A DNA stretch of 45,091 bases from Pseudomonadota bacterium (GTDB lineage Bacteria; Pseudomonadota; Alphaproteobacteria; Sphingomonadales; Sphingomonadaceae). The notes under the pieces are model-generated. The model worked only from the letters and a program-made list of their open reading frames with translations, was not told the DNA's origin and did no database searches. The stretch lies in contig JBEGTP010000132.1 in NCBI GenBank assembly GCA_041179365.1, positions 1 through 45,091 of the forward strand, in the 5' to 3' direction. Of this stretch, positions 39,681-45,091 are shown in pieces; position 1 is the stretch's first letter, and the number at the start of each line of letters is the position of its first letter. The position numbers and the translations under genes are program-made.

Positions 39681-39739
39681 CGGATTCCCGGCCCCAGCCC
39701 TCTAGCGATGAACAAGCGAGAGAAAGGCAGAACGATAAA

Positions 39740-39847
39740 GACGCCTTTAGAGCGCTTTGGGAGCCGCCTAAAGGGTGTTGGACCCTGCTCGGCTACATGG
39801 GTAGCCAAATGATTTCCAACAGGGCGTCACGGGCCGCACAAGGGCCC
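39740..39847. other. Highly structured intergenic element (candidate ncRNA or MITE-like repeat)
   Basis: Nested stems GACGC/GCGTC, CTTTAG/CTAAAG, TGTTGGA/TCCAACA, GGCTAC/GTAGCC, followed by GGGCC/GGCCC. Confidence 0.4.
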
Positions 39848-39910
39848 TAGCGCAGCGCGCTTCAAAAGAGTCCCGATGCAGACGGTCTGCTCACGCGCTC
39901 GGCCGAGGCG

Positions 39911-40423
39911 CTAGGGTGTGGGGCGGGTATCCTTTAGGATGGGCAGGTCAATGCCCGCCAGCTTCCAGCCGAAGCCCGCGCGGTGGAAGATCATTTGCCC
40001 TTCCTGCCCCTTAATCTGAACGTGAAACTCCGAAAGGCCGATGCGATCAACCGTATAAGCCTCTTTTTCGGATTGCGGGCTTGTGCTGCCGTCCGCGCGC
40101 TTGGCTTGCAAGGCAAAGAGCGCCGTTAGCCCCGCTGGAGAAACAATCTTGTCGACCAATCCATCGACGATTGCGCCGCCGAGCAACGCGCCAAAGCCGC
40201 CCATGCTTGCCTGTTCCTTGGCGATTTCTGCGCCAAACCGCTTGGTCAAATCTCCCTTCACATCCGCTTTGAGCGCGGGGAAATCGATATAACCCGTCAA
40301 TGCCGCTGCATCCTTGGCCTTTGCAGCATCAGACATCGCCTTCAACGTCCAGAGCGGAGACGCATAAAACCAACCCGCGCCGAGACCAGCGACGAGGAGC
40401 AATGCAGCGATCAGTTTTTTCAT
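39911..40423 (-). CDS. DUF2939 family protein
   Basis: N-terminal TM, SP.WTL..M..AA...D...L...IDFPALK, C-terminal F.R.GFGWKL..I. Confidence 0.85.
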   Translation of the reverse strand: MKKLIAALLLVAGLGAGWFYASPLWTLKAMSDAAKAKDAAALTGYIDFPALKADVKGDLTKRFGAEIAKEQASMGGFGALLGGAIVDGLVDKIVSPAGLTALFALQAKRADGSTSPQSEKEAYTVDRIGLSEFHVQIKGQEGQMIFHRAGFGWKLAGIDLPILKDTRPTP

Positions 40424-40493
40424 ATCAACCCTTAGCGTATCGGACCGTTGCGTTGCTATGGCAAGTTCGCGCGCGCGGCGCTATAGCGCGGCG

Positions 40494-40853
40494 ATGAGCA
40501 AATCCTTTTTTCCGCGTCCCGCTTGGCCTTCGGAAGCCTATTCCGATTTGCGAAGCTTTATACGCAACACCGAGACGCACAAATGGGTTTTTGCCGGACT
40601 CGCGCTCGCCATTCCTGCTTTTTTTGTGATGCTTTTTTTGCTGGGAAGCAAAGAAGTGCCGTATGTTCCGCCTGAAGTCACCTATATCCGCATGGATATG
40701 CCGCGCGGGTTCGATGACAGTAAGATCAGGGCCTTTCATGATGCCCGCGCCAAGGATTTCGCCGCGCGCACCGCCAAAGCCAAGGCCGATCAGGAACGCG
40801 CGCGCAAAAATATCGTGGAAATTGACAAGGCGATGAAGAAATGGGGTCTGTGA
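40494..40853 (+). CDS. Hypothetical single-TM protein upstream of ribD
   Basis: One hydrophobic segment and a charged helical tail; its stop overlaps the ribD GTG (GTGA). Confidence 0.7.
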   Translation: MSKSFFPRPAWPSEAYSDLRSFIRNTETHKWVFAGLALAIPAFFVMLFLLGSKEVPYVPPEVTYIRMDMPRGFDDSKIRAFHDARAKDFAARTAKAKADQERARKNIVEIDKAMKKWGL

Positions 40854-41851
40854 CCCACGCGGGCGCAAACCCATCTGAAGAAGCACGCTGGATGGCCGCC
40901 GCGATTGCACTCTGTGCGCGCGGGCGGGCGCTGACGGGCCCCAACCCCAATGTCGGATGTGTAATCGTGCGCGCAAGGCGCGTTATCGGACGCGGCTGGA
41001 CCCAATTGAGCGGGCGCCCCCATGCTGAAGCGATGGCAATTGCTCAGGCAAGCAGTGGCGGTGGAGACGCAAAGGGCGCAACTGCCTATGTGACGCTTGA
41101 ACCTTGCGCCCACCAGAGCGCGCGCGGCGCGGCCTGCGCAGACAGTCTGATCGCGGCAGGCTTAACGCGCGTCGTCGTGGCGCTCAAGGACCCCGATCCA
41201 CGCACACACGGTGCGGGACTGGCGCGGCTCAAGGCGGCAGGGATCGCCGTTGAGACAGGCGTCTTGGCGTCAGAAGCAAGCGCCGCAATGGCGGGTTGGC
41301 TAAAGCTGCGCGAACGCGGTCGTCCCTTTATTACGCTTAAATTGGCCACCTCTCTCGATGGCTGTATTGCCCGCGCAAACGGCGAGAGCCAGTGGATCAC
41401 CGGCGCACCCGCGCGCGCGCACGCGCATCTTGAACGCGCCCGGTCAAGCATGATCCTTGTCGGGCGCGGCACGCTCGACGCTGACGCACCGACGCTCGAT
41501 GTACGCTTGCCGGGGCTGGAAAGCCGCACGCCAGCCCGATTGGTTTTAACCCGCGGCGCAGCGCCCGGCGGTTGGCAAGCGCTCGCCGCGCCTGAGCAGG
41601 TGTATCAGCTCAACGCGGGCGACTATCTTTTGGTCGAGGGCGGCGCACAGACGGCGGCGTCTTTCCTGAAAGCAGGGCTTGTGGACCGAATTCTTCTCTA
41701 CCGGGCCCCGATCCTCATCGGCGCTGGCCTTGCGGCGCTCGGCGACATTGGGCTCGATACCCTCGCTGCTGCGCATGGTCGCTGGCGTCAAACCGATCGG
41801 CGCACGCTTGGCAGCGACACGCTTGAGGTTTACGACGCCTGCTTAAAGTAG
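40850..41851 (+). CDS. ribD: Riboflavin biosynthesis deaminase/reductase
   Basis: PNPNVGCVIV, PHAE, TLEPC...C, KLATSLDG, WITG, VEGG. Confidence 0.96.
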   Translation: MTHAGANPSEEARWMAAAIALCARGRALTGPNPNVGCVIVRARRVIGRGWTQLSGRPHAEAMAIAQASSGGGDAKGATAYVTLEPCAHQSARGAACADSLIAAGLTRVVVALKDPDPRTHGAGLARLKAAGIAVETGVLASEASAAMAGWLKLRERGRPFITLKLATSLDGCIARANGESQWITGAPARAHAHLERARSSMILVGRGTLDADAPTLDVRLPGLESRTPARLVLTRGAAPGGWQALAAPEQVYQLNAGDYLLVEGGAQTAASFLKAGLVDRILLYRAPILIGAGLAALGDIGLDTLAAAHGRWRQTDRRTLGSDTLEVYDACLK

Positions 41852-41865
41852 AAAAAGGGCCCCGC

Positions 41866-42480
41866 ATGTTTACCGGCATCATCACCGATATTGGAACGAT
41901 CACCAACACCGAACAACGCGGCGACCTGCGTCTGCGCATTGCGTGTCGCTACGACATGGCGTCGGTCACGCTCGGCGCGTCGATCGCCTGTTCGGGCTGC
42001 TGCCTGACGGTTGTCGATAAGGGCGCGGATTGGTTTGCGGTGGATGCGTCTGCCGAAACGCTCTCGAAAACCGCATCGGGCGGCTGGGCCTTGGGCCGCG
42101 CCCTCAATCTCGAACGCGCACTCAAGATTGGCGATGAGCTTGGTGGCCATATCGTGACAGGCCATGTGGACGGCGTCGGCGAAGTCACAGCACTTGCTCC
42201 CGACGGCGATTCGCACCGCGTCGACATTCGCGTGGCAAGCGACCTCGCTCCCTACATTGCGCCAAAGGGGTCGGTCACCGTTGATGGTGTCTCGCTCACG
42301 GTGAATAGCGTCGTCGACAATCCCGATGGCAGCGCGACTTTTGGTCTCAACATCATCCCGCACACTTGGTCGGTCACCGCATTTGGTGCTTTGAGCGTCG
42401 GGCACGCCGTCAACATAGAAATTGATGTCCTCGCGCGCTATTTGGCGCGGATGCGTCAGGTTATTGCAAGCGCGGCTTAG
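41866..42480 (+). CDS. ribE: Riboflavin synthase (alpha chain)
   Basis: MFTGII, GCCLTV, NLERAL, GGHIVTGHVDG, KGSVTVDGVSLTVN, VNIEID (called ribC in E. coli). Confidence 0.97.
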   Translation: MFTGIITDIGTITNTEQRGDLRLRIACRYDMASVTLGASIACSGCCLTVVDKGADWFAVDASAETLSKTASGGWALGRALNLERALKIGDELGGHIVTGHVDGVGEVTALAPDGDSHRVDIRVASDLAPYIAPKGSVTVDGVSLTVNSVVDNPDGSATFGLNIIPHTWSVTAFGALSVGHAVNIEIDVLARYLARMRQVIASAA

Positions 42481-42500
42481 TGCGACGGTGCGTTGGTGCG

Positions 42501-43421
42501 CTAAGCAACATCACGCAGAATGGCGCGCGCGGCTTGGCAGTCTTTGTCCATCTGCGCGGTGAGCACGTCAAGGCTATCAAACTTCGCCTCTCCGCGCAGA
42601 AACGCATGGAACGCAACTTCGATGGTTTGCCCGTAAAGATCTTCGGCAAAATCGAAAAAATAGGGCTCAAGCAACTCTTTAGGGGGGTCAAACTGCGGTC
42701 GGATGCCAAGGTTCGCCGCGCCGTCGAGCACGCGACCATCAGCAAGCCGCCCCCTTACAGCGTAAATACCGTAGCGCGGACGCAGATAGGCCCCCATGTC
42801 GATATTGGCGGTGGGGAAGCCGAGCAACCGTCCCTGCTTATCACCGTGCTGCACCATGCCTTCGACCGCGAAGGGCCGCGTCAACAAAGCAGCCGCCGTC
42901 GCACAATCGCCCGCCTGCAACGCCGCGCGAATGCGGCTCGATGAAATCACCTCGCCGTCGCTCACGGGCGATACGGCCTCGCTTTCAAAGCCATAGCGCG
43001 TGCCGAGTTCGGCAAGGATTTGAACATTGCCGCCGCGTCTTTGGCCAAATGTAAAGTCTTCGCCGGTCACAACTGCCGAGAAAGCCGCGAGATGTGTTTG
43101 CGCAAACGCCTCAGCCGACAGCGCCGCGAGCGCGCCATCAAAACCATAAACAATCATCGCATCGGCCCCCGCTGCGCCAAAAAGGCGCGCGCGTTGATCG
43201 AGCGTCGTCAAACGGAATGGCGGTGTGTCAGGCTTGAAAAAGCGCATCGGGTGCGGGTCGAAGGTCGCTACGAGTGCAGGCACGCCGTGCGCCTTGGCGC
43301 GCGCTACAGCCCGGCCAACAACGGCCTGATGTCCTTTGTGGAAACCATCGAAATTCCCCAGCGCGACAACACTGCCTCGGAACGCATCAGGGAGGGGCGC
43401 ATGGCCGTCAAGTCGCTGCAT
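42501..43421 (-). CDS. ribF: Bifunctional riboflavin kinase/FAD synthetase
   Basis: LGNFDGFHKGHQ, TFDPHP, ISSSRIR, GRLLGFPTAN. Confidence 0.97.
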   Translation of the reverse strand: MQRLDGHAPLPDAFRGSVVALGNFDGFHKGHQAVVGRAVARAKAHGVPALVATFDPHPMRFFKPDTPPFRLTTLDQRARLFGAAGADAMIVYGFDGALAALSAEAFAQTHLAAFSAVVTGEDFTFGQRRGGNVQILAELGTRYGFESEAVSPVSDGEVISSSRIRAALQAGDCATAAALLTRPFAVEGMVQHGDKQGRLLGFPTANIDMGAYLRPRYGIYAVRGRLADGRVLDGAANLGIRPQFDPPKELLEPYFFDFAEDLYGQTIEVAFHAFLRGEAKFDSLDVLTAQMDKDCQAARAILRDVA

Positions 43422-43474
43422 AGGCGTGCTATAGCCAAATACTTAAGGCGTTCAAGGCCGCGCCGTCCAAGGGC

Positions 43475-43957
43475 TCACCGCCGCAATGTGACCCAGTCAA
43501 ACGCCGGAAGGTCGCCTTGCGCCGAAACGCTTTCACGCGCAATCTCGCGCCAGTCGGCCCCAAAATCGGGCGCCATGGTATCGCCGTCAGGCGAGAGGTG
43601 AACCTCGGTCAGCTCGATCCGGTCCGCCTGCGCGAGGAACAGCCCGTAGATTTCTGCCCCCCCAATGATCCAAACATGCGGGGCGTTTGCAATGCGGAGC
43701 GCCTCTTCGCGCGAATGGACAACCTCAGCGCCGTCTTCATCCCATGTCGTGCTGCGGGTGATGACGATGTGCCGCCGCCCCGGAAGCAAGCCGGGCAGAC
43801 TGTCAAAAGTCTTGCGCCCCATGATCATTGGCGCGCCCATCGTGATTTGCTTGAAGCGGCGCAGATCAGCTGGGATGTGCCACGGCAGGGCGCCTGCCTG
43901 ACCGATAATGCCATTGTCTGCGCGCGCGAGGATGAGGGTGATTTCGGGGTGGTTCAT
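43475..43957 (-). CDS. folA: Dihydrofolate reductase
   Basis: [34 protein letters not shown]. Confidence 0.97.
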   Translation of the reverse strand: MNHPEITLILARADNGIIGQAGALPWHIPADLRRFKQITMGAPMIMGRKTFDSLPGLLPGRRHIVITRSTTWDEDGAEVVHSREEALRIANAPHVWIIGGAEIYGLFLAQADRIELTEVHLSPDGDTMAPDFGADWREIARESVSAQGDLPAFDWVTLRR

Positions 43958-44748
43958 ACCGCCACCGGTGCCGCAATATGCGGCAAAGCGCTATAGCTGT
44001 TTATCTCAAAATCCTCATAACTATAAGTATCGATACTGTCCGCGCGGCGCTTGATCGCGAGCGAAGGCAGCGGCCCGGGTTCGCGGGTGAGCTGGAGCCG
44101 CGCTTGCTCAAGATGATTGGAGTAAAGATGACAATCGCCGCCGGTCCAAATAAAATCACCCACCGCGAGCCCGCATTGATCGGCGAGCAAATGGGTCAAG
44201 AGCGCGTAAGAGGCAATGTTGAACGGCACGCCGAGAAAAACATCGCACGACCTTTGATAAAGCTGAAGCGAAAGCTTGCCGTTCGCGACATAGGCTTGAA
44301 ACAGGCAGTGGCACGGCGCGAGGGCCATTTGCGGCAGCTCCGCCGGGTTCCACGCACTCACAATCAGCCGGCGCGAGGCGGGGTTCGTGTTGATCTGATC
44401 AATTAGGGCCGCAATCTGGTCAACCGATACGCCGTCAGCGCCTTGCCAGTTGCGCCACTGCTTGCCGTATACCGGGCCAAGATCACCATCTTCACCCGCC
44501 CACTCATCCCAGATGCTTACTTTATTCTCGCGCAGCCAAGCTACGTTGGTATCGCCGCGCAAAAACCAAAGAAGCTCGATCAGGATTGATCGGATATGGA
44601 GCTTTTTCGTGGTGAGGAGCGGAAAGCCCTTTGCGAGGTCAAACCGCATTTGATGCCCAAAAACCGAAAGCGTACCAACGCCCGTCCGGTCGGCTTGGGG
44701 GGTCCCTTCTGCAAGGATTTTAGCCAAAAGGTCTAGATAGGCACGCAT
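43954..44748 (-). CDS. thyA: Thymidylate synthase
   Basis: [40 protein letters not shown]; ATG at 44748 after a GGAGAG RBS. Confidence 0.98.
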   Translation of the reverse strand: MRAYLDLLAKILAEGTPQADRTGVGTLSVFGHQMRFDLAKGFPLLTTKKLHIRSILIELLWFLRGDTNVAWLRENKVSIWDEWAGEDGDLGPVYGKQWRNWQGADGVSVDQIAALIDQINTNPASRRLIVSAWNPAELPQMALAPCHCLFQAYVANGKLSLQLYQRSCDVFLGVPFNIASYALLTHLLADQCGLAVGDFIWTGGDCHLYSNHLEQARLQLTREPGPLPSLAIKRRADSIDTYSYEDFEINSYSALPHIAAPVAV

Positions 44749-44894
44749 CAAACTCTCTCCTAACCGTGATCCTGTATTTGGCAAGGCTCTGCGCATCAAG
44801 CCGCGCGGCATTCGCTTCAAAATGGATTGGCTTTGGGTTGCGCGGCCCGGCAAGTTGCGGTCAATCTCGCTGCATGTGGCAAGGGAAGACTGGC

Positions 44895-45091
44895 ATGCGG
44901 CCTTCGTTCACGCGCGGCGACCATCTTGGCTGGCACCGCTTCGTCCAATCCTTCGCAGCGCGACGCCTGTCCGCCGCGCATGAACATCTTTTTGCGCTCT
45001 TCCTTGACGGCGATGGCAGCGTTAGAGCCGCTGAGGAGAGCGAGCCGGGAGGCCGTGACTTTCTCGACTTTCCGATCCGCGCGCTTGTCGC
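44895..45091 (+). CDS. Probable RadC-like JAB domain protein, N-terminal part (runs off the window)
   Basis: Not in the ORF track. [65 protein letters not shown] resembles the RadC E-x-(F/L)-xx-L-x-LD...G...(P)-R pattern; AAGGGA RBS. The HxH motif lies outside the window. Confidence 0.55.
   Translation, partial: MRPSFTRGDHLGWHRFVQSFAARRLSAAHEHLFALFLDGDGSVRAAEESEPGGRDFLDFPIRALV

Overview
GC-rich chromosomal window. Gene content and order point to an alphaproteobacterium, most likely Sphingomonadales (inference). Most of it is housekeeping: ABC-F, mutS-glnD, purEK, typA, rluE, degP-hflC-hflK, mrp, pmbA, ubiA, rsmE, queF, metC, msrB-msrA, ribD-ribE, ribF, folA-thyA. I saw no rRNA, tRNA, CRISPR or transposase. 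The standout is a 5-gene divergent cluster (9375-14603) between glnD and purE that looks like an undescribed variant of lignin-dimer catabolism. It encodes an LdpA/PcfL-like NTF2 (SnoaL) lyase, a LigW-like decarboxylase with an altered pocket, an MFS transporter, a LigD/LigO-like SDR and a CmcJ/NvfI-family Fe/2-oxoglutarate oxygenase, with a palindromic operator over a sigma70 -10 element. Other points: a 58-aa Cys/His microprotein missed by the ORF track, an SPFH-RHH operon with a likely operator, exported MsrB/MsrA lipoproteins lacking resolving cysteines behind an ECF16-like promoter, a structured intergenic element at about 39.75 kb, and a CGTC-type REP. All family assignments come from motif recognition and remembered sequences, not database searches.
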